Source of the DNA: an uncultured Gemmatimonadales bacterium
Lineage (GTDB): Bacteria > Gemmatimonadota > Gemmatimonadetes > Gemmatimonadales > GWC2-71-9
Direction: 5' to 3'
Assembly: GCA_963821525.1 (NCBI GenBank)
Contig: CAWGED010000012.1
Span: 160,001 to 224,000, forward strand
Length of the DNA stretch: 64,000 nucleotides
Made by a program: the position numbers and the translations under genes. The notes below the pieces were generated by a model that worked only from the letters and a program-made list of their open reading frames with translations, was not told where the DNA came from and did no database searches. Shown here piece after piece: positions 11,090 through 22,816 of this stretch (within the stretch, counting starts at the first letter, position 1; every line of letters starts with the position of its first letter).

Positions 11090-14000
11090 TCACGGAGCAG
11101 TTGAATGTGCCTCGACCGCCACGGCCCGTTTGCGTGTTCTCCACGCCTTGACCCTCGAAGCCAGGGTGTCGAAGTAGGTGTAGAAGACCGGCGTCACATA
11201 CAGCGTGATCAGCTGAGAAAAGGCGAGGCCGCCGACCACTGCGACACCCAGCGGGCGCCTGGACTCGGCACCGGCACCGGCGCCCAGCGCGATCGGCAGC
11301 GTCCCCATGAGGGCCGCCATCGTGGTCATCATGATGGGACGGAACCGGACGTGGCACGCCTCCAGAATAGCCTCGCGAGGAGACTTCTTGTCCCGCCGCT
11401 CTGCTTCGACAGCGAAGTCGATCATCATGATGGCGTTCTTCTTCACCAGGCCCACCAGCATGATGATTCCGACGAACGCGTAGATGCTGAGGTCCAGACG
11501 GGTAATCACCAGGATGAGCAGTGCCCCGAATCCCGCAAACGGCAACCCCGTGAGAATCGTGATCGGGTGCACGAAGCTTTCGTAGAGGATACCGAGCACG
11601 AGGTAGATCACGACGATGGCGAGAACCAGGAGGATGAGCAGTCCGCTCTGGGCTTCCTGGAACGCCTGGGCGGTACCGGAGAACGTCGTGCTGATCGAGG
11701 AGGGCAGCGTACGCCGCGCGAGATCCTGCACCCGGGTGACCGCATCGCCGAGGGAGACGCCGGGAGCGGTGTTGAAGGAGATGGTGACCGCGGGCAGCTG
11801 GCCCTGGTGATTGACGGTCAGCGGACCGACATCCGGGGCCACTTTGGCCAGAGTGGTGAGCGGAACCAGGTCTCCATTGGGTGAGCGGATGGAGAGCAGA
11901 TTCAGCGCGGCGAGATCCCGCTGGTACTCGGGCAACAGCTCCATCACGACCCAGTACTGGTCATCCTGGGTGAAGATGGTCGAGACCTGGCGCGCTCCGT
12001 ACGCGTTGTACAGCGCTTGCTGCACCGCTTCGGCGGAAATGCCCAGCTGCGCGGCGCGGTCCCGGTCGATGGTCACGTTCACCTGCGGGTTCTTGATCTG
12101 CAGATCGCTGTTGACGTCGGTGATTCCCGGCAGTTTGCGGGCGGCAGCCTCAAACTCGCTCGCCTTCTGGAACAACTCGTCGATGTTGGTGCCCTGCAGG
12201 GTGAACTGGTAGAGACTGCGGCTCCGCCGTCCACCGATGTTGATGACCGGAGGATTGGTCAGGTACACCTGCACACCGGGGACCACCGAGGTCTTCTCGG
12301 TGAGCTCGCGGGCCACGGCGTCGGCGTCGAGCTTGCGCTTACTTCGGTCCTTGAGCTGGAGGAAGAGGAATCCCTCGTTGATACTGGACGAACGGCCGAC
12401 CGAAGACATGAAGGTCTCGACGTTGGAATCGGCCTGGACAATCCGCGCCACCTCCTGCTGGTGCCGCACCATGGCGTCAAACGAAGTGCCCTCCCGGGTC
12501 AGCACGTTGCCGAAGAGCATCCCCTGGTCCTCGCTGGGGATAAAGCCCTTCTCCACGACCTGACCCAGGAGCACCGTTCCGATCAGGATGGCCGCCGAGA
12601 AAACCAGAGCGGCCCGGCTGTGGTCCATCACCCAGGTCAAGGACCGGTCGTAGGCCCCAAGCAGCCGGAGCCAGAGCCGCTCGGTCGTCTCGTAAAATCG
12701 ACCGTGCTGGGCCGTGTGCCCGGGCTTCAAGAACCGGGCGCAAAGCATCGGGGTAAGCGTGAGCGACACGAATCCCGATACCAGAATCGCGACCGCAATG
12801 GTGACGGCGAACTCACGGAACAGCCGCCCGATGAGGCCCTGGAGCAGCAACACGGGGATGAAGACGGCCACGAGGGACAGCGTCATCGAGACGATCGTGA
12901 AACCGATCTCCCTCGCCCCCTTCAGCGCCGCCTCGAACGGTTCCTCCCCCATCTCGGTGTGCCGGACGATGTTTTCCAGCACCACGATGGCGTCGTCCAC
13001 GACGAAGCCCACCGCAAGCGTCAGCGCCATCAACGACAGGTTGTCGAGACTGAAGCCGAGCAGGTACATCACCGCGAAGGTGCCGATGAGGGACATCGGC
13101 AGCGCCATGCTCGGAATGATCGTGGCCGGGATGTTCCTGAGGAACAGGAAGATCACCAGGATCACGAGGAAGATGGTCAGGAGCAGGGTGAACCGGACGT
13201 CGGAGACCGACTGCTGAATTCCCTCCGAGCGGTCGAACATCTTGGTGACTTTCACTGCCGCGGGGAGCTGCCGCTCCAGCTGGGCCATGATCGCGTTTAC
13301 CCGGCCGGCGACCGCGACGGTATTGGTCCCCGGCTGGCGCTGCACCGCGAGCACGATGGCCCGGGTGCCGCTGAACCAGCTCGCGACTTTGTCGCTCTGC
13401 ACCCCGTCGCTGACCTGACCGACATCCTGCAGCCGAACCGGCGCCCCATTGCGGTAAGTGATCACGAGCGGCCGGAACGCCGCAGCGCTCTCCAGCTGCC
13501 CGTTGGACTGCACCGTATAGGCCTGGTCAGTGCCCCAGAGAATGCCGGTCGGGAGGTTGACGTTCCCCGTGTTGATGGCATCGACGACCTCGTCGATACC
13601 GATCTTCCAGGCCTGCAGCTTCTGAGGATCCAGCTGAATTCGTACCGCGTACTTCTGCGATCCGTATACCTGCACCTGGGCGACGCCGTCCACCGTCGAA
13701 AGCCGCTGGCCGATGAAGGTCTGCCCGTAGTGGTCGAGCGCCGACAACGGCATCGTAGCCGACGTGAGCGCGTAGTACACGATCGGGAGAGGACGAGGGA
13801 TCGACCTTGCGATACGAAGGCGGCAACATGCCCTGCGGCAGCTGACGCAGGGTCTGGGAGATGGCGGCCTGCACGTCCGCCGCGGCCGCGTCGATGTTCC
13901 GGTTGAGCGTGAACTGGAGGGTGATCGAGGTACTGCCCAGGCCGCTCGATGAGGTCATCACATCGAGGCCCGGAATGGTGGAGAACTGTTTTTCCAGCGG

Positions 14001-14195
14001 GGTAGCAACCGCCGACGCCATCGTCTCCGGACTCGCTCCGGGCAACGAGGCACTGACGCTTACGGTGGGGTAGTCCACGGTGGGCAGGTCGCTCACCGGC
14101 AACAGCCGGTACGCGATGGTCCCGAAAATCAGGACGCCGGCTGAAACCAGCGTCGTCATGACGGGGCGCCGGATAAATGGTTCGGCGATGTTCAC
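11090..14195 (-). CDS. RND efflux permease (AcrB/MdtB-like); apparent frameshift ~13785
   Basis: FIRRPVMTTL...LPVSDLPTVDYPT N-terminus in ORF 13527..14195; GFVVDDAIVVLENI, KKNAIMMIDFA, RFRPIMMTT in ORF 11090..13780. Confidence 0.93.
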
Positions 14196-15310
14196 GACGC
14201 TTCCTCCGGACCGCGCACCGGCTGAGTCTTGATCTCGACATGGGCACCGGGCACCAGGCGGAGCTGCCCATCGGTGACGACCCGTTCTCCGGCCTGAAGA
14301 CCGCTTTCGATCACCGCGATATCTCCGGCCGTACGAGCCACCTTGACCGTACGGGGTGCCACGGTCTGGGCCGAATCAACCACGAAGACGGATGTGCCCT
14401 GCTGGCCGGTCAGGACCGCCACGGCCGGGATCGCGAGAGCGTCCTTTTGTACGTAGAGCTGCACGCTCACACTCACGAACTGGCCGGGCCAGAGGGTACC
14501 GTCAGCGTTGTCGAAACTGCCCTTGAGCAAGATGGTACCGGTGCTGCTATCCACTGCATTGTCCATGAAAACCAGCCGGCCTTTGACGGGTACACCGGTA
14601 CCGGCAGGCTGTGCCACGACTTCGACGTCCTTCATCGGACGCCCGCGGATCTCTCCCAGTTGTTGAGCCGGGAGCGGGAACCGGACCAGGATGGGCCGGA
14701 TCTGATTGATGGTAACGAGTGTGGTGCCCGGGCCGCGCACCAGATTCCCTTCCCGGATCTGCAGGCTGCCGGCGAGGCCGCCGATCGGGGCCCGGATCGT
14801 GGCATACTGGAGGTTGAGGCGGGCCGTTTCCATCGCGGCGCTGTCTGCCTTGACGGTCGCTTCCATGGCGGCAGCCGAGGCCCTCATCGCGTCGTACTGC
14901 TGGCTGGTGACGTATTCCTGCTTGACCAGTGCCCCATAACGTTCGACGTCACGCTGGGCGTTCTGGGCCTGAATCACGTCTCGCGCGACCATCGCCTCCG
15001 CCGCGTCGAGTGCGGCCCTGTATGGCCGGGAATCGATCTCGAACAGCACCTGGCCCTTGGTGACCTGGTCTCCCTCCTGGAAGCCGATGCGCAGGAGTTG
15101 CCCGGAGATCTGCGCTTCCACATTCACCCGCTGCAGGGGCTCGACGGTTCCGGCGGCAGCGAGCTCGAACGGCACCGGACGGCGTTCGACCGTCGCAACC
15201 GTGACCGGCACCGCGGACGGAGTCCCAGGATCCTTCTCCTTGCAACCCGCTGCGGCGATGCAGGAGAGCGCGAGGATTGCGGCGCGGGATCGGCAGTCGA
15301 ATGCAATCAT
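14192..15310 (-). CDS. RND efflux periplasmic adaptor (membrane fusion protein)
   Basis: Lipobox AAGC; lipoyl/hairpin motifs (GDQVTKGQVLFEID, YATIRAPIGG, DNAVDSSTGTI, GLQAGERVVTDG); 4-nt overlaps with both neighbours. Confidence 0.92.
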   Translation of the reverse strand: MIAFDCRSRAAILALSCIAAAGCKEKDPGTPSAVPVTVATVERRPVPFELAAAGTVEPLQRVNVEAQISGQLLRIGFQEGDQVTKGQVLFEIDSRPYRAALDAAEAMVARDVIQAQNAQRDVERYGALVKQEYVTSQQYDAMRASAAAMEATVKADSAAMETARLNLQYATIRAPIGGLAGSLQIREGNLVRGPGTTLVTINQIRPILVRFPLPAQQLGEIRGRPMKDVEVVAQPAGTGVPVKGRLVFMDNAVDSSTGTILLKGSFDNADGTLWPGQFVSVSVQLYVQKDALAIPAVAVLTGQQGTSVFVVDSAQTVAPRTVKVARTAGDIAVIESGLQAGERVVTDGQLRLVPGAHVEIKTQPVRGPEEAS

Positions 15311-16803
15311 CGTATGGGTTCTACCCCGGTTGAATCGGTTCCCAGCCGGAGGCTCGAACCTCCCCGCTCGTCGAGCTGCCCCGTGTCACGCGCCAATTGC
15401 GCAAGCGCCGTCTGCCAGATCCAGCGTGCCTGGACCTGTTGAGCTCTGGCATCGGCCAGTGCGGCCTCGGCCGTCAGCAGGTCAATCACGCTTCCCACTC
15501 CTTCTCGATAGCGCCCCAGCGCCACCTCCGCAGACCGCTCGGCGCTCTCCAACAGATCATCGGTGGTCTCCACCCTCCGGGTCGCCGTGCGCAGCACGTA
15601 GTATGAGCTAAATACCTCGGCGATCACCTGCTGCCGGAGGGTCTGCGCCCCGGCCCTGGTCGCCTCCGCCTGACTCTCGGCGGCACGCTGGGCGTATTCC
15701 CGGGCAAATCCGTTAAACAGCGGAATTTGCAAGCCTACTGTCACTGCATAGCTGTTTTTCAGCGCCGTAGTGCCGCCAACGCCGGTGTACCCGTTCGACC
15801 CAGTCACGACTATGGACGGAAGTCGGGCGCCATGGGCTTCAGTGATGCGCGCCTCCGACTGGCGAACCTCGGCCTGGATCGCAGCCAGGTCGGGCCGGTC
15901 CCGCACCGCCTGCTCGATGAGCGCATCCACGCTGTCGGCCAGGGGCGCGACGGGTTGGAGCCCGGCAAGCGAATCCACCTCATAGGGCAGGTTGGCCGGC
16001 AGTCCCATGGAGACTGCGAGCGCACCCCGCACCGTGGCGAGGGTGCCTTCGGTGGTGAGGACTGCCAGCTGGGCCTGAGAGAGAGCGGTCTTTGCCTGCA
16101 GAACGTCGGCGATGGTTGCCAGACCCACCTTGTTACGCTCTTCTGCGGCGTCGAGGTTGGCCTGAGCCTCCTTGAGGCTCACCTGCTGCGCCGCGAGGAG
16201 CGCCCGGGTGCCCTGATACTGGAAGAAGGCAGACTGCGCGGTGAGGACGACGTTTTGAATCGTGGCGTTGTGGGTCCAATCCGCGGCGATCAGCGCTTCC
16301 CGGGCCTGACCGGTAGCGCCGGAGCGACCACCAAAGTCGAGCAGAAGCCATGAGACGTTGAGTACCGGCCCGTACACCGTCTGCTGCTGCGCGTTGCGGC
16401 CCTGAGTCGCCGTGGTCTTGAGCCGGGTTGCGGTGACTTGCCCGTCAATCACCGGGTAATACGGTCCGCGGGAGGCACCATAGAGATCTGCCGCGGCTCG
16501 GGCGCTTGCCCAACTTTGCCGAGTGGCGGGGTTGTTCCGAAGGGCCAGATCAACGACGTCGCCGAGGCCCAGCGACTGGAGACGAGGGAGAAGGTCTTCC
16601 GGCAGAGCATGCACCGAGTCTCCGGCGGGCGGAGTTTCGGCCAGCTCGGGATGATCGTCCGGCGGGACCCAGGAGTTGTTGGGGGCTGGTGCGGTGGCGG
16701 GCCCGCCGCCGAGGCCGGGGGCGGAGGGGGTGCAGCCGAACAGGATGAGTGTGGCGGCAAGCCAGGAGGAAACAGCCGGGCAACCCGCGCGAAACACAAT
16801 CAT
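15307..16803 (-). CDS. TolC-family outer membrane efflux protein
   Basis: Lipoprotein signal (LFGC); two OEP repeats (ALRNNP..., RYREGVGSVIDLLTAE); first gene of the efflux operon. Confidence 0.9.
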   Translation of the reverse strand: MIVFRAGCPAVSSWLAATLILFGCTPSAPGLGGGPATAPAPNNSWVPPDDHPELAETPPAGDSVHALPEDLLPRLQSLGLGDVVDLALRNNPATRQSWASARAAADLYGASRGPYYPVIDGQVTATRLKTTATQGRNAQQQTVYGPVLNVSWLLLDFGGRSGATGQAREALIAADWTHNATIQNVVLTAQSAFFQYQGTRALLAAQQVSLKEAQANLDAAEERNKVGLATIADVLQAKTALSQAQLAVLTTEGTLATVRGALAVSMGLPANLPYEVDSLAGLQPVAPLADSVDALIEQAVRDRPDLAAIQAEVRQSEARITEAHGARLPSIVVTGSNGYTGVGGTTALKNSYAVTVGLQIPLFNGFAREYAQRAAESQAEATRAGAQTLRQQVIAEVFSSYYVLRTATRRVETTDDLLESAERSAEVALGRYREGVGSVIDLLTAEAALADARAQQVQARWIWQTALAQLARDTGQLDERGGSSLRLGTDSTGVEPIR

Positions 16804-16869
16804 TCGAAGACCTCAGGGCACGCGACTCGAGCGTCGGTGCCGCTTATATGCACCAAACCGCATGAGATT

Positions 16870-16910
16870 CAGTCTTGCTTAAACATACAAAACGTAGTTA
16901 GACTGGCAAG
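16870..16910 (+). promoter_or_regulatory. Putative divergent promoter/operator region (TTGCTT-N18-TAGACT; CAGTCT...AGACTG inverted repeat)
   Basis: AT-rich island between the divergent tolC-like gene and the regulator; sigma70-like hexamers and a short inverted repeat seen by eye. Confidence 0.35.
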
Positions 16911-16932
16911 CACCTTGATTCGCAGGATCCTC

Positions 16933-17376
16933 ATGCGCGGCCAGCGAGCGCAGCAGTTCGTAGAACGAAGCGGCATCTTCTTTCAGTCCGAAGGACTGCC
17001 TCGCATCGGCGGGCGGATCTTCGGCCTTCTGCTGCTCGCGGACCAGGCCGTCTCCATCGACTCCATCGCCCAGGAGCTCAAGGTCAGCAAGCCCAGCGTG
17101 AGCACCAACACCAGGGTGCTGGAACGCTGGGGGTTTCTCGAGCGGGTCGGAAGACCGGGGGATCGCCGCAGCTACTACCGCCTGGCGCCCGATCTGGTGC
17201 ACCGCACCTTGCTCCAACGGGTCGAACGAATGCGACGTTTCCGGTCCCTGATGGAAGACGCCAAGGAGCAGGCCCCCGGAGGTCGCGGCCCGCTGCGCCA
17301 GCGGCTGAGCAAGCTGGTCTCGGCTTACGACCAGTCGGTGGAGGCCATGGAGCGAGTGGTCGCGGAATGGCGGTGA
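16933..17376 (+). CDS. GbsR/MarR-family transcriptional regulator
   Basis: GLPRIGGRIFGLLLL..., IAQELKVSKPSVSTNTRVL, GDRRSYY wHTH; ATG at 16933; divergent from the efflux operon. Confidence 0.88.
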   Translation: MRGQRAQQFVERSGIFFQSEGLPRIGGRIFGLLLLADQAVSIDSIAQELKVSKPSVSTNTRVLERWGFLERVGRPGDRRSYYRLAPDLVHRTLLQRVERMRRFRSLMEDAKEQAPGGRGPLRQRLSKLVSAYDQSVEAMERVVAEWR

Positions 17377-17395
17377 GGGGAAGCACGAGGACGGC

Positions 17396-18882
17396 TTACT
17401 TCCCCGGAATCGGCCGGTCGCGGTAGGGATACCAGAAGTCCTTCCGCTCCATCACGTAGTCGAGATGTACATGCTTGGGTTCCCGGAAGGCGTCGAGGCC
17501 TTCCTCACCCAGCTCCCGCCCCAACCCGCTCAACCGCATGCCGCCGAAGGGACCCGCGTTGTTGTCGGTGAGCGGGTCGTTGATCCAGAAGGTTCCCGCC
17601 TTGATGAACTCCATCGCCTTCATCGCGGTTTCGAGACTCGCGGTGTAGATGCACGCGCCAAGCCCGTACTGTGAATCGTTGGCCATCTCGATGGCATGAT
17701 CGGAGTCGCGGGCGACCGTGATCGAAATGACGGGTCCGAAGATTTCCTCCCGCGTAGGCAGCGTCCCGTGTTCCACTCCGGTCAAAATCGTGGGCTCATA
17801 GAAATGGCCCTTGAGGCCATTGTGCTTCCGCCGCCGGCCTCCTAACAGCACCCGAGCGCCCTGCTGGACCGACACCGCAACCTGTTGCTCCACCATCGCG
17901 AGTGCCTCGTCCGAGATCAGCGGCCCGATATCGGTCTCAGGGTTCATCGGATCTCCCACGCACCAGCGATTTCACGTATTGCTCCATCCGCCGGGTAAAC
18001 TCATCCGCGATCGACTGCACGACATAGATCCGCTTGGATGAAGTGCAGACCTGTCCGGCGTTGAGCAGCCGAGCCCAGGCGACTCCGGGGACCGCGACAT
18101 CGAGATCCGCATCCTCACAGACGATGAAGGGGTCGACGCTTCCCAGCTCCAGGTTCAGCTTCTTGAGCTGCTCCGCCGCCATGCCCGCGACCCGGCGCCC
18201 CGCAGCGACGGAGCCGGTAAAGGCGATCAGGTCCACCTTGGGGTGGCGCACCAGCTCCTCGCCGGTCGGCGCGGCACCAGTCACCACATTCACCACTCCC
18301 GGGGGCAACACGTCGTAACACGTCGCCATCAACAGGTTGGAGAGCGGGTTCTGGTGGGGAGGCTTGCATACCACCGTGTTCCCGGCCGCGAGCGCCGGGG
18401 CCACCTTCCACGCGGTGAGGAGCAGCGGGAAGTTGAAGGGAACGATGACCGCGACGACTCCGAACGGCTCCTTGATCGTGAAGTTGATCTGGTGTGCCGC
18501 ACCCGGCGGGATGGAGTTCCCGTAGCTGCGTCTCCCTACCTCGGCGTAGTACTCGAAGCAGATCGCTACCCAGTCGATGCAATCCACCGCCTCGATCAGC
18601 GGCTTCCCCGTCTCCCGCGCAAGCAACGGCGCCAGCTCGGGTCCTTTTTCCCGGATCCGCGCGCCACTTCCCGCAGCAACCTCGCCTTCTCGACACCGGG
18701 AACCTTCCACCAGGCGCGTTGGGCATTCAGCGCCGCCATCACCGCGTGATCCACGTCGTGGAGATCACAGTCGGCGACGGTTCCCAGCGTATCGAGGGTC
18801 GAGGGTTGGTAATGGTTCGCGCCTTGGTCGAGTGAGGGGCGACCCACTGGCCGTTGACGAGAATCGGATGGAGCTGGGCCAT
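17396..18882 (-). CDS. Aldehyde dehydrogenase; ~3 apparent frameshifts
   Basis: PFNFP, FTGS, LELG, AGQVC, EEIFGP, PFGG motifs across ORFs 17396..17959, 17937..18710 and 18596..18847; start MAQLHPILVNGQW at 18882. Confidence 0.88.
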
Positions 18883-18944
18883 GCCAAGACAGCCTTCGGG
18901 GAGGGAGACGGAATTTGGAAGGCGGGAGGGAGATGGGGAAGGGT

Positions 18945-19058
18945 CGATGGTCCGATGGTCAATAGTCGAAGTCTTGAGTCAGGAGTAGTGAGTCGTGAGT
19001 CTCGATCACGGACTCATGACCCACGACTCGAGACCCACGACGCACGACTACTTACGAC
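18945..19058. repeat. Degenerate heptamer tandem repeats in inverted arms (GAGTCGT-like / ACGACTC-like)
   Basis: gagtcaggagtagtgagtcgtgagtc ... gactcatgacccacgactcgagacccacgacgcacgactacttacgac. Confidence 0.75.
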
Positions 19059-19063
19059 GAGCT

Positions 19064-20129
19064 TCAGCTGCCGGTGGTCGTACCGCTCCCGGAAAGCCCC
19101 GCCAGTATTCCCTGGATCCTGGGCTTCTGCGCCCTCGGGGCACATGCTCAGAGCCTTCTTGTAGTTGGTGCTTGCCTTGGCCTTGTCGCCCTTCGTGGCA
19201 TAGGCCTCGCCCAGGCTGTCGTAGACATTCCACGATTCGGGGTGGGCCTTCACGTTCTTCTGGAACATCGTGATCGCTTCGTCCACCTTCTTCTGATTCA
19301 GCAGGTTGTAGCCCATCAGGTTCACGTCGTTCTCGTTGGCCACCAGCATCGCCTGTTTCCGGACCGAGTCGGCCGCGGTCTTGTTGCCCCTCTTATCGAG
19401 GATGGCGGCCTTGAGCTGCAGGGTCTGGAAGGTCGGGAGCGGGAACTTGAGCGCGCTGTCGGCCCACGCCTCGGCGTGATCGAGGTCCTTCGTATTGGTG
19501 AGCGCCCAGCGCGACGCCTGGCCCCAGCCATCCTGGAAGAATCGGGGAAGCCCTCGTAGCTGCTGGGCCAGGCTGTCGATGACCACCTTCTCCAGGTTCA
19601 CCTGGATCGGGATCGGGACCGCCAGCTTTTCCCAGTGCATGTAGATCGTCGTCGAGTTCGGCGTCACATCATCGAAGGTGTACTGCAGCCGATCGAGGAA
19701 CGGCGCCTCCTTGGGCTGCACGATGATCCGCAACTCGTCTTCCTTGGGGTCGTAGCTGAAGGCGCCCCAGGCATCCGCCTGCTTGGAGAAGATCACCATC
19801 CACTTGTTGGTCGTCGGGACCATGTGAACCCCATACCGCCCCGCCGCGACTTCCGCGTCGCCGATGGTGACCGGCGTGTTGAAGGACAGCACGGTGTTCT
19901 CATTGGCTCCAGCCCGCCAGACCGTGTCGTAGGGCACCAGGCCACCCCAGATCTTCCGGTCGTTTACCGCGGGACGGTCGTAGGTCACGTTGATCTCGGT
20001 GAGCCCGATGGTCTGGCTGACCGAGGCGCGTGGACTCGCCTTGGGAGTATCGAGACGGAAGTTCTGCGCGGAGGCGGCTCCGGCCACGAGCGTCAGCGCG
20101 ACGCCCAGCGCAACGGGGCGAAATGACAT
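19064..20129 (-). CDS. DUF2911-domain exported protein with C-terminal TPR; apparent frameshift near the C-terminus
   Basis: SPRASVSQTIGLTEINVTYDRP...IWGGLVPYDTVWRAGANENT (DUF2911); HPESWNVYDSLGEAY TPR. Confidence 0.85.
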
Positions 20130-20417
20130 GACTCGGCTCCTGTATCTGCGAGGCTGATGGGAGTGGGAACAGGCGGACTACGGCTAGCGGCTGCCCGAGG
20201 TGTCAAGCGGCGTGTCGGACCGGAACGTCAGGGAACCTCTATGGTCCAGCAGGTTAGGCCCGCGAGTTGCAGCTCCATGTCGTGGGATTCGCCGCTCCAT
20301 GTCGAAGTTTCGCCACGACAGTTGCGGGTGATAGCTGTCACCGACGGTGAAAGGGAGTCCGGCCAATCCTGAGCCCTCGACGCAAGCGTAGGAAACTCTT
20401 GCGGAGGTCAATTGGAC

Positions 20418-21332
20418 ATGCGGAGAATCATTCGACTCGCCGGCGTGGCGTCCGGTCTCTTGGCCCTGGCCTTGGCGGCGTGCAGCGATGATGGCATGAG
20501 TTCGGGCACCGGCCAGCTGTCGGTTGTCCTCAAGGACGCACCGGGTGACATCAAGGCCGCAGTGGTCACCATTTCGGAAATCAATCTGCAGGGCTCGGGC
20601 GGGAAGCTTGTTCTCAGCAGCAATGAGGTCACTACCGACCTCCTGACCCTTTCGACCGATGTCGCGACCCTCGTGCAGGACGCCACGGTGCCGGCCGGCA
20701 CCTACACGGAGCTGCGATTCGTGATCACGGGCGCCTACATCGAGGTGGACAACGGCAACGGCACGAGCAGCATCTACGCCTCGGATCCGAACTACGCAGG
20801 CCTGCCCCCCGGCTCCACGGTGGCTGGTAATCTTCAAATGCCCAGCTTCAGCCAGAGCGGGTTGAAAGTCACTCTACCGGGCGACCAGCTCACGATATCG
20901 AGCGGAGACCAGAAGCTTCTCGTGGTGGATTTCGACGTGTCCCAGAGTTTTGGCCAGCTTGCCGGAGGCTCGGGGCAGTGGGTCATGCATCCTGTGATCA
21001 AGGCGGACGACGTCAGTGCCACCGGTGGCGCCCGGGTTGCCGTGACCTTGGATGCCGGCGTGACCCTGCCGGGAACGGCCGTGCTGAGTGAGTTTTCCGT
21101 CACGCTCACCGGGTCCGATGGCATTCCGCGAACGGTGGCCTTGGATGACTCTGACGGTGATGGAACGTTCGAGGCCGTCTACGCTTTCCTCGCACCGGGC
21201 GACTACAACGTCACCATACAGGCACCTGCGGGCGTGACTGCGTTCACCACGGCGCCGGCACTACCCATCACCCTGACAGTTCAGAGCGGGCAGACGGCCA
21301 CCGCAAGCTTCACGATAACCTCCGCCACCTGA
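20418..21332 (+). CDS. DUF4382-domain lipoprotein
   Basis: LAACSDD lipobox; LSVVLKDAP, DLLTL, PAGTYTELRFVI, VVDFDVSQSF, MHPVI; GGAGG RBS. Confidence 0.85.
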   Translation: MRRIIRLAGVASGLLALALAACSDDGMSSGTGQLSVVLKDAPGDIKAAVVTISEINLQGSGGKLVLSSNEVTTDLLTLSTDVATLVQDATVPAGTYTELRFVITGAYIEVDNGNGTSSIYASDPNYAGLPPGSTVAGNLQMPSFSQSGLKVTLPGDQLTISSGDQKLLVVDFDVSQSFGQLAGGSGQWVMHPVIKADDVSATGGARVAVTLDAGVTLPGTAVLSEFSVTLTGSDGIPRTVALDDSDGDGTFEAVYAFLAPGDYNVTIQAPAGVTAFTTAPALPITLTVQSGQTATASFTITSAT

Positions 21333-21359
21333 ACCCACGCACTTCGGTCTCTGCAGTAA

Positions 21360-21394
21360 AGTCGGCCCCGTCTTCGGCGGGGCCGACTCATTCT
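21360..21394 (+). terminator. Rho-independent terminator-like hairpin
   Basis: agtcggccccg-tcttcgg-cggggccgact stem with a TTCG loop, then cattct, ~30 nt after the stop. Confidence 0.7.
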
Positions 21395-21422
21395 GTCTCC
21401 CGCACCCCTCGCGCGGCTCGTC

Positions 21423-22733
21423 ATGCAATGGTTTCTTTCCTTCATGGCGACCCTGGCACGCCCCCGCACAGCCGAGCTGATCAGCCCGCCGCGGAAGGAC
21501 GAGGCGACTCGACGAGCCGAGCTTCGCGTGATGAGACGCATGGCGACGGGTCTTCTTGGTGTCGCCCTCGTGATCTTCATCGTCGCACTCCTGCTCGAAC
21601 CGCGGTATCCGTGGCTCGGCTTCGTCCGGGCGACGGCGGAGGCATCGCTGGTCGGGGGGTTGGCAGACTGGTTCGCGGTCACGGCGCTCTTCCGCAAGCC
21701 GATGGGCCTGCCGATTCCTCACACGGCCATCATCCCGACTCAGAAGGACCGGATCGGCCGGATCCTCGGCGGCTTCCTCCAGAATCACTTCCTCTCGCGG
21801 GACGTGCTGGTAGCCCGGCTGGGTTCGCTGCATCTCGCGACCCGATCGGCCCGGTGGGTCAGCGATCCCGCAAACAGCGAACGGTTGGCCCGGCATGTAG
21901 CCGCGGGTCTGGCGAAGGCGGTCCAGACGCTGCCCGAAGCCGAGGCCAGCGAGTTCATCCGGCAGAGTGCCGTGGCCCGGCTCCAGTCGGTGCAACTGGC
22001 GCCGTTCATGGGGAACCTGTTGTCGGTAGTTGCCGCGGACGATCGGCACCAGCCGCTGTTCGATGAGGCTCTGCGACTAGTGCATGAGGCGCTGGAGCGA
22101 AACCGGGAGGAGCTCCGCCGCAAGATCAAGGAGGAGAGTCCGTGGTGGGTTCCCGGTGTCGTGGACGATGCGTTTCACAAGCGGCTGGTGCACGCGACGG
22201 AACGGCTGGTTGACGAGATTCGGGCCACCCCTCGCCACCCACTGCGGCTCAAGTTCGACACCGCGTTCCGCAACTTCGTCGAGAAGCTCAAGCATTCCCC
22301 GGACATCGCATCTCGCACTGAGGCCTGGAAGCAAGACCTGCTCGCGCATCCGGCGGTGGAGGAGTTCGCGGCTTCACTCTGGGAGCGAGCCCGGAAGGCG
22401 GCGGCCCGCTTCAGCGCGGAGTCGGATGGCGCTGCGCTGCAGCCTTTGGCGAGGGGTCTCGCCGCCGCGGGGGAATCGCTCCTCGCCGACGACAACCGGC
22501 TCACCGAGTTGGACCTGACGATCACCGAATTCCTCGCCAGCCAGCTCGAAGAGCATCGTCACGAAGTGTCGGACCTCGTGGCGGAGACGGTCCGCCAGTG
22601 GGATCCGGAGGTGGCGGCAGAGCGCATCGAGCTAGCGGTGGGGCGGGACCTGCAATTCATCCGGCTGAACGGCACCCTGGTAGGCGGGTTGGCCGGACTG
22701 ATCATCTACACAGTCATATACCTGACTCGCTAG
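21423..22733 (+). CDS. DUF445-family membrane protein (start may be 21444)
   Basis: EASLVGGLADWFAVTALFRKPMGLPIPHTAIIP and GRDLQFIRLNGTLVGGLAG signatures. Confidence 0.92.
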   Translation: MQWFLSFMATLARPRTAELISPPRKDEATRRAELRVMRRMATGLLGVALVIFIVALLLEPRYPWLGFVRATAEASLVGGLADWFAVTALFRKPMGLPIPHTAIIPTQKDRIGRILGGFLQNHFLSRDVLVARLGSLHLATRSARWVSDPANSERLARHVAAGLAKAVQTLPEAEASEFIRQSAVARLQSVQLAPFMGNLLSVVAADDRHQPLFDEALRLVHEALERNREELRRKIKEESPWWVPGVVDDAFHKRLVHATERLVDEIRATPRHPLRLKFDTAFRNFVEKLKHSPDIASRTEAWKQDLLAHPAVEEFAASLWERARKAAARFSAESDGAALQPLARGLAAAGESLLADDNRLTELDLTITEFLASQLEEHRHEVSDLVAETVRQWDPEVAAERIELAVGRDLQFIRLNGTLVGGLAGLIIYTVIYLTR

Positions 22734-22816
22734 CCCAGCGCTGAGCGCTTCGGTTCCACGACGACGTTCCAGCGCCGACCCTCTGGCGCGACTAGGTTTC
22801 CCCTTCCATCTGTGAA

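Noticed and set aside
12017..13906. 629-aa plus-strand ORF
   Set aside because: Antisense shadow of the RND permease, typical of high-GC DNA, with no recognisable motifs.
16438..16932. N-terminal extension of the regulator ORF (312 aa in the track)
   Set aside because: Overlaps the tolC-like gene on the opposite strand; GbsR/MarR similarity starts only at ATG 16933.
20130..20417. Long divergent intergenic region as a possible riboswitch/ncRNA
   Set aside because: No recognisable riboswitch or tRNA consensus by eye. An Infernal/Rfam scan would be needed to support any call.
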